Origin: Deltaproteobacteria bacterium
GTDB taxonomy: Bacteria > Myxococcota_A > UBA9160 > SMWR01
NCBI GenBank assembly: GCA_032128375.1
Contig: JAQBGU010000107.1
Span: forward strand, 85,210-149,209
Length of the DNA stretch: 64,000 nt
Direction of reading: 5' to 3'
Both the position numbers and the translations under genes were made by a program. Shown here in pieces: positions 9,437-18,303 of the stretch. The notes below the pieces were generated by a model. It ran no database searches, was not told the DNA's origin, and worked only from the letters and a program-made list of their open reading frames with translations. Every line of letters begins with the position of its first letter. Within the stretch, counting starts at the first letter, position 1.

Positions 9437-11089
9437 CTAGCCATGCAGGGCGCCCCCTCGCCCCGGCCATAGCAACGCCGGGCTCAAGCGGGCGAGCGCG
9501 CCCCGGCGCGGATAGCGGTCGAGCGCAATCGGATCGCCGGTATTCAGCCCGGCACTCGTACATACGCTTCGCAGCGCATCGAGCGGTCCGCCAATCACGT
9601 CGACCAACCCGTGCGATCGTGCAGCCGCGCCGCTCCACACACGACCCCGCGCGACGCGGTCGACCGCTTCGTGAGACAGCCCGCGGCCGGTCGCTACCCG
9701 GTCGATGAATATGTCATACAGGCCCGAGATCTCGTCTCGAATCGCCGCGCGCTCGTCCGGTGTAAAGTCGCGATCGTCAGATAGCAGGCCGGCACGCGCA
9801 CCCCTCTCGACGGCATCGGTCGACACACCCAGGCGAGCGTAGAGCCCCTCCATGTTCAGCTTGCCACCGATCACACCGATCGAACCGGTCAATGTTCCGG
9901 CCTCAGCGAACACCCGGTGTGCCGCCGCTGCAAGAAAGTATCCGCCGGATGCCGCGACATCGCCCATCGAGGCGACCACCGGTTTGGTCTCGGCGACCCG
10001 CGATGCGGCACGCCACAACAAATCGGATGCGATCGCGTCACCGCCGGGGCTGTCGATGCGCAGTACCACCCCGCGGACGTCGTCGCGCTCGCGCAGGCGT
10101 TCGAACAACTTTGACATCGAACCGGACAGGATGCCGCGACCTTCTGTCCCGCGCCCGATCGTCCCACTCGCGAGGACATACGCGATGCGGGGCAAACTCG
10201 TCCCCATCGGGACGAAGGCGCGCGCGCTGAGTCGAAGATTGCGATAGGCGACCGCATCGACGAGACGGACTTTTGGTTGTTGCACCGCGGGTCGTGAATC
10301 GGATGGAGTAACCGATGGATCGGTTGGCTCGCCCAATAATGCGAGCTTGTCTTCTATCCCGTCGGGGTACAGGCACCCGTCGATCAGCCCCAACTCGGCT
10401 GCCGCACGCGCGCGGAATGGGCCACGGTCGATCAGCGCCTTCACTTGCGCCGCATCCAAGCCGCGTCCCGTAGCGATCCCGTCCACGAGTTCTGAAAACA
10501 GATCGTCGACGAGCGCCTCGATCTGTTCCCTGGCTTCGGGCGACATCCGGTCGCGCGTAAAACGCTCGGCAGCGCTCTTATAGTCTCCCGCCCGAACCAC
10601 TTCGGGTCGCACCCCGAGGTTGTCGAGTAATCCCCGAAAGAAGTAGGAGTCGGCGCGCAGCCCGACCAGGAACAGGCTCCCGGCCTCTGGCAGCCAGATC
10701 TTCGTTGCGGCACTCACCAGCAGGAAGCTCGCTGCGTCGAGCGTCTCTGCGTAGGCTGCGACGGGTTTTCCCGCTTCCCGAACGCGCACCACCGCGCGTC
10801 GCAACGAGTGCACTTTGCTCCAGCCCGACGGCGCACCCACGATGCGCAACAACACGCCGCTGATGCGCGGATCGTCTGCGGCCGACTCGAGCACTTCGAG
10901 TGCTTCGAGCAACCCCAACCTCGGTTCGCGCGCGACAATCGGCGGCGGCCCTTCGCCCATCGATGCATGGATTCGAACCACGACCCACACAGATTCGTCG
11001 CGCGGGAGCGCTCGCGCAGCGATTCCGCGCCGCACGCCACTGCTGATGTTCGTTCCCAGCCGCCGACCCCAGTCCAGAACTCGCGTCAT
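9437..11089 (-). CDS. sppA: Signal peptide peptidase SppA (protease IV, two-domain type)
   Basis: GDYKSAAE, LRIDSPGG, SMGDVAASGGY, TGSIGV, ARGRVWSG; start at ATG 11089, which overlaps the VWA stop (ATGA). Confidence 0.9.
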   Translation of the reverse strand: MTRVLDWGRRLGTNISSGVRRGIAARALPRDESVWVVVRIHASMGEGPPPIVAREPRLGLLEALEVLESAADDPRISGVLLRIVGAPSGWSKVHSLRRAVVRVREAGKPVAAYAETLDAASFLLVSAATKIWLPEAGSLFLVGLRADSYFFRGLLDNLGVRPEVVRAGDYKSAAERFTRDRMSPEAREQIEALVDDLFSELVDGIATGRGLDAAQVKALIDRGPFRARAAAELGLIDGCLYPDGIEDKLALLGEPTDPSVTPSDSRPAVQQPKVRLVDAVAYRNLRLSARAFVPMGTSLPRIAYVLASGTIGRGTEGRGILSGSMSKLFERLRERDDVRGVVLRIDSPGGDAIASDLLWRAASRVAETKPVVASMGDVAASGGYFLAAAAHRVFAEAGTLTGSIGVIGGKLNMEGLYARLGVSTDAVERGARAGLLSDDRDFTPDERAAIRDEISGLYDIFIDRVATGRGLSHEAVDRVARGRVWSGAAARSHGLVDVIGGPLDALRSVCTSAGLNTGDPIALDRYPRRGALARLSPALLWPGRGGALHG

Positions 11090-12735
11090 CCGGCGTTTCG
11101 TTTCTTTCGTCCATCGAGGTAATCGAACATCACGTAGGATCCGAGTTGGGTCGGGCTGCTGAACAACGCGCGACCGCGATTGACCTGTGTCATGTGCTCC
11201 ACGAAACCCACCAATTCGGGCGCATCGTCGAGCATGAAGGTATTGATCGTGATGCCCCGTCTCGTGACTCGCCGAACTTGATTCATTGTTGCGACGACAG
11301 CGTGCGGGGACACTCCGCCGAACCCCGACGGCCACTCGACTCGCAACTCGTTGCCCTGGAAGTATGCGGTGGGTTGACCATCGGTGATCACCAGAATCTG
11401 AGGACTGCTGCAGGGATGCTGTGCGATCAGGCGCTCTGCAACCCGCAAGCCGTCTTGCAGGTTCGTAAACGGATCGCCCAGGTCCCAGCTCGCTTCGGGG
11501 AGTTCTTTGACCGGGAGTTCCCGCGCCCGCGTAGAGAACCCCACCACGAAGAATTTGTCGCGCGGAAACTTCGTTCGAATCAGATGGTCCAACGCCAGAG
11601 CGACGCGCTTGGCGGCCGCGAATCGGCCCGCCCACGACATCGACCAACTCATGTCGAGCAGCAGCACCGTCGTGGTCTGCGTCGTGTAATCGAACTCGCG
11701 AATCTCGAAGTCGGCGACATCGAGATTCAACGCCGCACCCTTGCTTCCCATGACGGAGCCCACACCCACATCGGCGGCCGACATGCGTCGAACTCCGTTC
11801 ATCATCGTACGCACGACATCGAGATCGAGCGGGTCTCCGAACTCAAAGGGCTTGGTCTCGTCCGGCCGCGGGATCGCCGCACCGCGGGCGTCGGTCTCGT
11901 GGCCTCCCAGCCGGTCTTTGCGCAGTGCGCCGTAGACCGCAGCGAGTGCGTTCGCGCCGATCTTGCGGATAGCGCGAGGCGTCAATGCGTCGCCCGATTG
12001 CCTCAGATACCCGCGGCGCTCGAGGCTCGACTCGAGATCCCGCAACAGGATGAACGATCGCGCTGCTGCGTCGCCCAGCATCTCCTGGAGCATCTCGGGC
12101 GTGATCCGTTCGAAATTTCCCTGCGCAAGATCGCGCGCCAACTGCTCGATCCCCTCGATGCGCCCGCGAACCTGCTGGGCGGTCTCGTAGTCCGCCTGTT
12201 CCGAACCACGGAATCGATCGCCGCGCTGCTCGAGAAATTTCTCGAGTTGGCGCTGGCGGTCGAGTTCGTCGAGGAGTTCCTGGAAGTCTTCTCCGGCCTG
12301 CTCGTCTTCGAACGCGTAGTCACGGAACTGCTCGATGCTGTCCGAGAGTTCTGGAAGCTCGGCATATCGGCGCCGCCCGAAGTCGTTCATCCGTGACGAC
12401 TCGTAGCCGTAGGCTTCCTCGAGCGCGCTCTTCTCCCGATCGAGTATCTCGTCGAAGCGCCGAGAGATCTCATCGAGTGCCATATCCATGTCGTAACGGT
12501 CGTAGAGCGCTTGCGCTTCGTCTCGAAGCTCGTTGATGAGCTCTTCGACACCCATCACGCGCATGTCCATCCCGGCCATCTCCAGCTCGAAGCCGTGGCG
12601 CCGCATCCACTCGAGCGCCTCGCGAACGTCGAGGCCCTCCATCAACAGGTCCGACAGCGCATCGAGCGCCCGGTCTGGATCGAGTGAGAACTCGACCTGG
12701 GATCCGTCCCAGCGGCTGTAGATCGCGGACCTCAT
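11086..12735 (-). CDS. VWA domain-containing protein (partner of chelatase-like AAA+ ATPase)
   Basis: N-terminal YSRWDGSQ, MIDAS DMSWS, TNLQDGL, ITDGQP. Confidence 0.88.
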   Translation of the reverse strand: MRSAIYSRWDGSQVEFSLDPDRALDALSDLLMEGLDVREALEWMRRHGFELEMAGMDMRVMGVEELINELRDEAQALYDRYDMDMALDEISRRFDEILDREKSALEEAYGYESSRMNDFGRRRYAELPELSDSIEQFRDYAFEDEQAGEDFQELLDELDRQRQLEKFLEQRGDRFRGSEQADYETAQQVRGRIEGIEQLARDLAQGNFERITPEMLQEMLGDAAARSFILLRDLESSLERRGYLRQSGDALTPRAIRKIGANALAAVYGALRKDRLGGHETDARGAAIPRPDETKPFEFGDPLDLDVVRTMMNGVRRMSAADVGVGSVMGSKGAALNLDVADFEIREFDYTTQTTTVLLLDMSWSMSWAGRFAAAKRVALALDHLIRTKFPRDKFFVVGFSTRARELPVKELPEASWDLGDPFTNLQDGLRVAERLIAQHPCSSPQILVITDGQPTAYFQGNELRVEWPSGFGGVSPHAVVATMNQVRRVTRRGITINTFMLDDAPELVGFVEHMTQVNRGRALFSSPTQLGSYVMFDYLDGRKKRNAG

Positions 12736-12738
12736 GAT

Positions 12739-14148
12739 TCAAGCCTTCTGGTAGCGTGCGCCGGCTTCGCCGGTCGACTTGTTCAGACGATTGGACAGAT
12801 GCAGCCCCTCGAGGATGAACTCGATCGCGGACGCGATCCTCGCTGGGGAGTCGCCGCCGGCGAGGCGCGCGGCGGCATCCTTCAAGCCGCCGATCTCGTC
12901 GAGGCCCGCGAGATACTCCGCCGCCGGCATTTCCGCCGAAGTTTCGACTTTCCAGCCGTCGTTGAACGACTCGATAACCGAGGCCATGCCTTCGAGCGGA
13001 ATCAGCTCGTCGAACACGATGCGCACCGCCTTGTGCATGAGTTCGGCGATCACCTCACTCTCCGAGCGCTCGGCGCCCGCGTACTCGAGTTCGAGTTTCC
13101 CTGAGCTGGACGTCGCCAACGCGTCCAGATCGGAAACGCGCGGCACTGCATCGCTCTCGCCCAGTCGAAGCGCGCGACGCAACGCATTGGCGATCAGCGT
13201 CTCATAGTTCGCGATAGACATGCGAACGGAGACGCCAGACGCCTGATTGACATCCGGGCTGTGGCGCGCCTGGAACGTGAGTTCGCCGACGATCTTCTCC
13301 ATGAACTCCGGCAAGAAAATCGCGATTCCCTCGACCTGGGGTACGAGCGCCTCCTGGCGCACGATCTCGAGTTCGAGATCACGGGTCCTGGCGTAGTGGG
13401 TGCGAATCTGAGCCGCGTAGCGGTCCTTGAGCGGCGTGATGATACGACCGCGACTGGTGTAATCCTCGGGGTTTGCACTCGCGATCACGACGACGTCGAT
13501 GGGCAGTCGGATCGTGTAACCCTTTACCTGCACGTCGCGCTCTTGCATGACATTGAACATGGCGACCTGAACCTTTTCCGTCAGATCCGGAAGTTCGTTG
13601 ATACAGAACAACCCGCGGTTGCTGCGAGGTACGAGTCCAAAGTGCATTGTTTCTACATCCGACAGCGAACGTCCCTGCGCGACCTTGATCGGATCCACGT
13701 CTCCAATCAGATCGCCCACCGAGGTGTCGGGAGTAGCGAGTTTCTCGACGTAGCGATCGTCTCGATGCAGCCAGGTGATCCCGGTTTCGTCGCCGCACTC
13801 GGCCAGTTTCGCGCGAGCGTCGGGCGAGGCCGGCGCGAATGGATCGTCGCGAAGTTCGCTACCCGTGACGATGGGAATCCACTCGTCGAGCAGCGAGGTC
13901 AGCGAGCGGATCATCCGCGTCTTCGCCTGGCCGCGCTCGCCGAGGAAGATCATGTCGTGTCCGCAGAGCAGTGCGTTCTGTACTGCCGGAACCACCGTAT
14001 CCTCGAAGCCGTGAATCCCCTCGAACAGTGGAGTACCTCTTCGGATTCGATCCTGCAGGTTGCCGCGCAATTCGTCGCGTACCCGGCGCGGCTTGTAGCC
14101 CGACTTGCGAAGTTCTCCGAACGTCCGGGGACTGGGGGGCGTGGCCAT
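12739..14148 (-). CDS. Magnesium-chelatase-like AAA+ ATPase (Rv0958-type)
   Basis: Walker A GERGQAKT, EKLATPD, GDVDPIK, INELPDL, ANPEDYTSRGRIITPLKDR; AGGAGG RBS before ATG 14148. Confidence 0.88.
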   Translation of the reverse strand: MATPPSPRTFGELRKSGYKPRRVRDELRGNLQDRIRRGTPLFEGIHGFEDTVVPAVQNALLCGHDMIFLGERGQAKTRMIRSLTSLLDEWIPIVTGSELRDDPFAPASPDARAKLAECGDETGITWLHRDDRYVEKLATPDTSVGDLIGDVDPIKVAQGRSLSDVETMHFGLVPRSNRGLFCINELPDLTEKVQVAMFNVMQERDVQVKGYTIRLPIDVVVIASANPEDYTSRGRIITPLKDRYAAQIRTHYARTRDLELEIVRQEALVPQVEGIAIFLPEFMEKIVGELTFQARHSPDVNQASGVSVRMSIANYETLIANALRRALRLGESDAVPRVSDLDALATSSSGKLELEYAGAERSESEVIAELMHKAVRIVFDELIPLEGMASVIESFNDGWKVETSAEMPAAEYLAGLDEIGGLKDAAARLAGGDSPARIASAIEFILEGLHLSNRLNKSTGEAGARYQKA

Positions 14149-14371
14149 TGGATCCTCCTGGGTTTCGGATCTTGTGTCGGATCTGTGTCGGATCGAGTTT
14201 TCCTGATCGGGTCTGTCCGGGTTGGCGTCCGGCGGCGCGTGCCGCTTGATTCTCGGTTTCCGAGCGTAGCCCGCCCGGCGCGCGGCACACACAGGGTGCT
14301 GGCTGGGCGTCGACCAGCCTGGCTGGCTGACTTGGCCTGAGACTGGGCTCGAGACCTGGCTCGAGAAAGAA

Positions 14372-15559
14372 TCAGACTAGATCGGACGAGTCCGGGTTAC
14401 TTCGCATGCGTAGCGTTTCGGTGACGTGGCGGATGATCTGCAACACAGACCTGTCGAACGAGACGTTGTCGACGATGGGCACGCCGTAGAGGTCCGCCTG
14501 CTCGAGGAAGTAGTCCTGAATCTGCAGGATGGCGTCGAGGTTTTCGAGGTAACGGTGTGGGTCTCTGCGGTTCGGTCCGGCTGCGCGTGCCGCAAAGCGG
14601 TCGTGAAAGGAATTTTCGTCCAGGGTCGCCACCACCAAGAAGATCACGTCGGCCAGCTCGACGTACGATTCGAGATCGATCAGCCCGGGAACGATGGAGA
14701 CTCCGTCCATGACCAGACTGGCGTTTTCGGAAACGGCTCGATCCATCGATGCCCGAATTCCGACCGATACGGTCGCCGCCTGGGATTGGAATCCTTCCAG
14801 AACGGCCTCGGCTCCGTGGCTCTTCGCTCTGAGTCTGACGTGTGCATCATAGGACGAACCATGGATGGCAGGAGCGAGTTCGGGCGACAACATCAGGCGC
14901 ATGATCTGTCGAATCGAGTCGGTCGACAACATGCGACCAATCCCCAGTCGGTGAGCTACCTCGAGTGCCAGCGATGTTTTCCCGACCCCAGCGGCGCCGC
15001 CTAGCAAGATGATGACCGGCCGCTCGGGCTCCTGGTATCTACGCCATACCAGGTATCGCTCTGCGGTTTGCGCCCCGAGCCGGCGCGACAGCGTCTCGTA
15101 CGCCAAGCCGCGCAGCTCACTTCGCTCGATCTCGCGAGCGCCGCGAATCACCAGGTCTGCTTCGAGTTCTCGAGCGACATCGAAGGCTTGTGCTGGTTCG
15201 ATCGCGGCCGCGAGCAACGATTGCGACAGCACGCCCTTCGAAAACGGAAGGCCGCGCCCACGGCCGGTGATCGTGATGTCCGCCGCAACGGGAAGCGGGG
15301 GTTCATCTGCCAGCGCATCGCGGCCGAGGATTTCGAGCACGGTCTTGGCGAGCTCTGCCTTGGACACCTCCGACAGACCTCGAATCCGCTCAAAAACCCG
15401 GTCAGCAGTCTGGTACGCATCCTCAAATGAAATCCCGCGGGCCATCAGCGAGTGGACCATGATTCCGCGCATGAACGGTCGGCGGTTGCCCTTGTCTTCC
15501 ACCTCGACTCGGCCCTGACGGTCCCCGGACGGGGGCGTTCGCTGGTCAGAATCGGGCAT
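14372..15559 (-). CDS. 2-phosphoglycerate-kinase-like P-loop kinase with two ATP-cone-like domains
   Basis: Two PF(M/S)(R/K)G(I/V)..SL repeats, GGAAGVGKTSLA P-loop, STDSIRQIMR, HGSSY. Confidence 0.75.
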   Translation of the reverse strand: MPDSDQRTPPSGDRQGRVEVEDKGNRRPFMRGIMVHSLMARGISFEDAYQTADRVFERIRGLSEVSKAELAKTVLEILGRDALADEPPLPVAADITITGRGRGLPFSKGVLSQSLLAAAIEPAQAFDVARELEADLVIRGAREIERSELRGLAYETLSRRLGAQTAERYLVWRRYQEPERPVIILLGGAAGVGKTSLALEVAHRLGIGRMLSTDSIRQIMRLMLSPELAPAIHGSSYDAHVRLRAKSHGAEAVLEGFQSQAATVSVGIRASMDRAVSENASLVMDGVSIVPGLIDLESYVELADVIFLVVATLDENSFHDRFAARAAGPNRRDPHRYLENLDAILQIQDYFLEQADLYGVPIVDNVSFDRSVLQIIRHVTETLRMRSNPDSSDLV

Positions 15560-15711
15560 TCGGACCAGAATAACTCACGGCTTATGCAGTCGCGAATCGA
15601 CCGTCGACTCCGTGAAACACGCAAATTCGATGATTATCAGCTCCAAACCGCACAAAAAATCAATGTTCTGGGTTGACTAGCGAACTCGACCGCACGTACG
15701 CTCGACCCACG

Positions 15712-16233
15712 ATGCAATTTGGGGTCGGGTCCTTGCCGGGTTCATCGATTGCCAGCAGCGCGCGTTTTCAGACGCGGGAGGTCGTTGAGATCCTCCAGAT
15801 TTCGCGTCGCCAGTTGCAGTATTGGGCGCAAACTGGACTCGTTGAACCCAGCGCAAAGACCCCGGGGGGGCACAGTCGCTATACCTTTGAGGACTTGGTT
15901 GCCCTCAAGGCCGCGAAAAGATTGATTGATTCCGGCGTTTCGGTCCAACGTATCCGCGCTTCGATTGGTGCACTGCGAAAGATCTTGCCGACTGTAGTAA
16001 GTCCGCTCGCTGAACTGGTGCTGGTTGCCACGGGTGATGTCGTGTTGGTTTTTAGAGACGGAATGGCATTCGATGCCGTTTCGGGCCAGGAATGGGTATT
16101 CGAAGTTGCAGATTTCGAGCGCGAAGTCGAGGCCTATCGAAGGTCAATCGAGACTCCAGACACAACCGTGCGCAAGGCGAGATCGGGTACGCGATCGGGT
16201 TCTGATCGGTTATCGCAACGCACCAGCAGCTGA
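15712..16233 (+). CDS. MerR-family HTH regulator (Rv1830-like short form)
   Basis: ISRRQLQYWAQTGLVEPS..GGHSRYTFEDLVALKAAKRLIDSGVSVQRIR; start uncertain (15673 or 15712). Confidence 0.8.
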   Translation: MQFGVGSLPGSSIASSARFQTREVVEILQISRRQLQYWAQTGLVEPSAKTPGGHSRYTFEDLVALKAAKRLIDSGVSVQRIRASIGALRKILPTVVSPLAELVLVATGDVVLVFRDGMAFDAVSGQEWVFEVADFEREVEAYRRSIETPDTTVRKARSGTRSGSDRLSQRTSS

Positions 16234-16358
16234 CCTGCGCTGAAAAGCTCCAACACCACGCCGGAGGACTACCGCGACCAGGATGGGTCGGGAACTGAGC
16301 TGGTTGGCATCGGCCTACGCGTTTCGAGATGTTGGCGATGCGAACCAAGTGGGGGAGA

Positions 16359-17450
16359 ATGCCAGTGCGCGTAATCGCAATCGTGAACCAGAAGGGTGGC
16401 TGCGGAAAGACGACGACCACCGTCAACCTGGCTGCGAGCCTGGCGGCCGATGACGCGCGGGTGTTGATCGTAGACATCGACCCGCAGGCCCATGCGACGC
16501 TGGCCGTCGGCGTCGACCCGGATGAAATCGACGAAAACCTCTACGAGGTTCTCGCCGAAGCCGGGGGAAGTGAGCGCCTGCAGAGCATCATCATCGAAGT
16601 GGGGGACAACCTCGACCTCGCTCCGTCCGGCATCGTGCTCTCGGCTCTCGAACAGAAGCTTGCGTCGGAGCGAGTCGACGAGCGTACCGAGAGGTTGTCC
16701 AAAGCGCTCGACGGACTCCCCGAGAATGCCTACGACTACGTGTTGATCGACTGCCCGCCAAATGTCGGCTTGCTCACCTTCAATGCACTGCGCGCGGCGA
16801 CTGAGGTCATCGTCCCCCTGGAGACCAGTCGATTCGCGATTCACGGCGTAGAAAGGCTGCTCGAGACCATCGCGCTATTGAGCGAGCGAATCGATCACGA
16901 TCTCACGGTCCGCGTGCTGCCGACGCTGTATGACGGTCGCACGCGGTTTGCGCGAAAAACGCTGGGCGAGATTCGTGAGCTGTTCAAGGATATGTGTTTC
17001 GACACGGTGATCCGAATGAACGTCAAGCTGCGCGAAGCGGCGGGACGCGGTGTTCCGATCACGTCCTACGCGCGCTCGGCCAATGGAGCCATCGATCACT
17101 GCGCGCTGGCGGTCGAAGTCGAAGCTTCCGCTCCGCTGCAGGGAGAAACCGGACTCGCTGCCGCCAGTGTGCTCGGATCACCTCGAGAGGTGGTGGTTCG
17201 GTTCCGAGACACGGCCGCGAGCGACGTGCGGATCGCCGGAGACTTCAACGGCTGGGTTCCAGATAAGGGTGTACGATCTCTAATCGAATCCGAGGGACAG
17301 ACCCGAATCTGGACCAAGATCATTCGATTGATCCCAGGAACGTATCAGTACCGTTACGTGGTCGACGGGGAATGGCGGGAAGATCCCGACAACCCGGAGG
17401 TCGCATCGAGCGCAGTGGGCGGGCGCAACTCGGTTCTGGTAGTGCGCTAA
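16359..17450 (+). CDS. ParA/Soj-family ATPase fused to a C-terminal CBM48/AMPK-beta-type glycogen-binding domain
   Basis: Deviant Walker A NQKGGCGKTT, DIDPQ, DCPP; C-terminal VRIAGDFNGW..WTKII.L.PGTYQYRYVVDGEWREDPDNP..GGRNSVL. Confidence 0.88.
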   Translation: MPVRVIAIVNQKGGCGKTTTTVNLAASLAADDARVLIVDIDPQAHATLAVGVDPDEIDENLYEVLAEAGGSERLQSIIIEVGDNLDLAPSGIVLSALEQKLASERVDERTERLSKALDGLPENAYDYVLIDCPPNVGLLTFNALRAATEVIVPLETSRFAIHGVERLLETIALLSERIDHDLTVRVLPTLYDGRTRFARKTLGEIRELFKDMCFDTVIRMNVKLREAAGRGVPITSYARSANGAIDHCALAVEVEASAPLQGETGLAAASVLGSPREVVVRFRDTAASDVRIAGDFNGWVPDKGVRSLIESEGQTRIWTKIIRLIPGTYQYRYVVDGEWREDPDNPEVASSAVGGRNSVLVVR

Positions 17451-17463
17451 GGATGCGACGGCC

Positions 17464-18303
17464 TTGCCGCGGGATCTCGTAGACGTACTCGATTACCTCT
17501 TGCCCCCAGGGGAACAACCTTCACATCAGCGATATGAAACAGAGAAAGTTGGGCCCGTTGAGTCGAGTCGTCAACCGACCGCGAAGCTCGGACGTTCGCG
17601 CACTTCCAGGCCGGCAGCGCTGCCGATCATTACGCTGCCGATCGGCGATCGCGACGTCGTGCGCGCTGCCTTCGCATGGAATCTCGCAGTCGAGATCGCA
17701 CGCTTCGGCGGGAACGTCACGCTGGTTGCTCCGGCCGACGGTACCGAATCGCCGTTGTGGCCAGCGCCAGGTCGTGGTCCGCTCGGGTCCCAGCTCGCGC
17801 TGGTTCAGGCGAGGGACATGGGCGAACTCAACCGTGCCGCATTGGACATCGCGGTCTCACGCACTGCGGAATCCGCCGACGGCGGGATCGTAATAGTCCG
17901 CGTCCCACCGGAGTGGATGAACCGCCCGTCTGGCAGTCGTGCACTGCTGCGCTGGGTTCTGCTTTTCGCGTCCCCCGAGTCTTCGGATCTGCGAGAAGCC
18001 TACGCGCTGGCGAAATGGATCGTCCAAGCCGGCCACGCGACACGGGTCGGCGTGACGATTCACGGCGCGCGCCGCATAGGGGACGCGGAGCGCGCATTTG
18101 CCCGCATCTCCGCAACAGCGTTGCGGCATCTCCGGCATTCTCTCGTGAGCTACGGTCTCCTGGTGGACGATCTTCATATTTATCGCGCCATCGTTGCGCA
18201 GCGACCCATCGGCCTCGAGCACCCCCAGTCCCGAGCAGCACGAGCGCTTCGGGATGTGGCGCGGCTTCTGCTAGAAGACGCTCGGAACCACCCCGTTGGG
18301 TGA
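17464..18303 (+). CDS. MinD/FlhG-like protein lacking an intact P-loop
   Basis: WNLAVEIARFG, SPESSDLREAYALAK and QRPIGLEHPQSRAARALRDVA resemble FlhG/FleN segments; no GKT/GKS. Confidence 0.55.
   Translation: MPRDLVDVLDYLLPPGEQPSHQRYETEKVGPVESSRQPTAKLGRSRTSRPAALPIITLPIGDRDVVRAAFAWNLAVEIARFGGNVTLVAPADGTESPLWPAPGRGPLGSQLALVQARDMGELNRAALDIAVSRTAESADGGIVIVRVPPEWMNRPSGSRALLRWVLLFASPESSDLREAYALAKWIVQAGHATRVGVTIHGARRIGDAERAFARISATALRHLRHSLVSYGLLVDDLHIYRAIVAQRPIGLEHPQSRAARALRDVARLLLEDARNHPVG

Noticed and set aside
11090..11647. N-terminal 186 aa of the 736-aa ORF 9437-11647
   Set aside because: Overlaps the VWA gene in another frame; the SppA start fits the ATGA overlap at 11089
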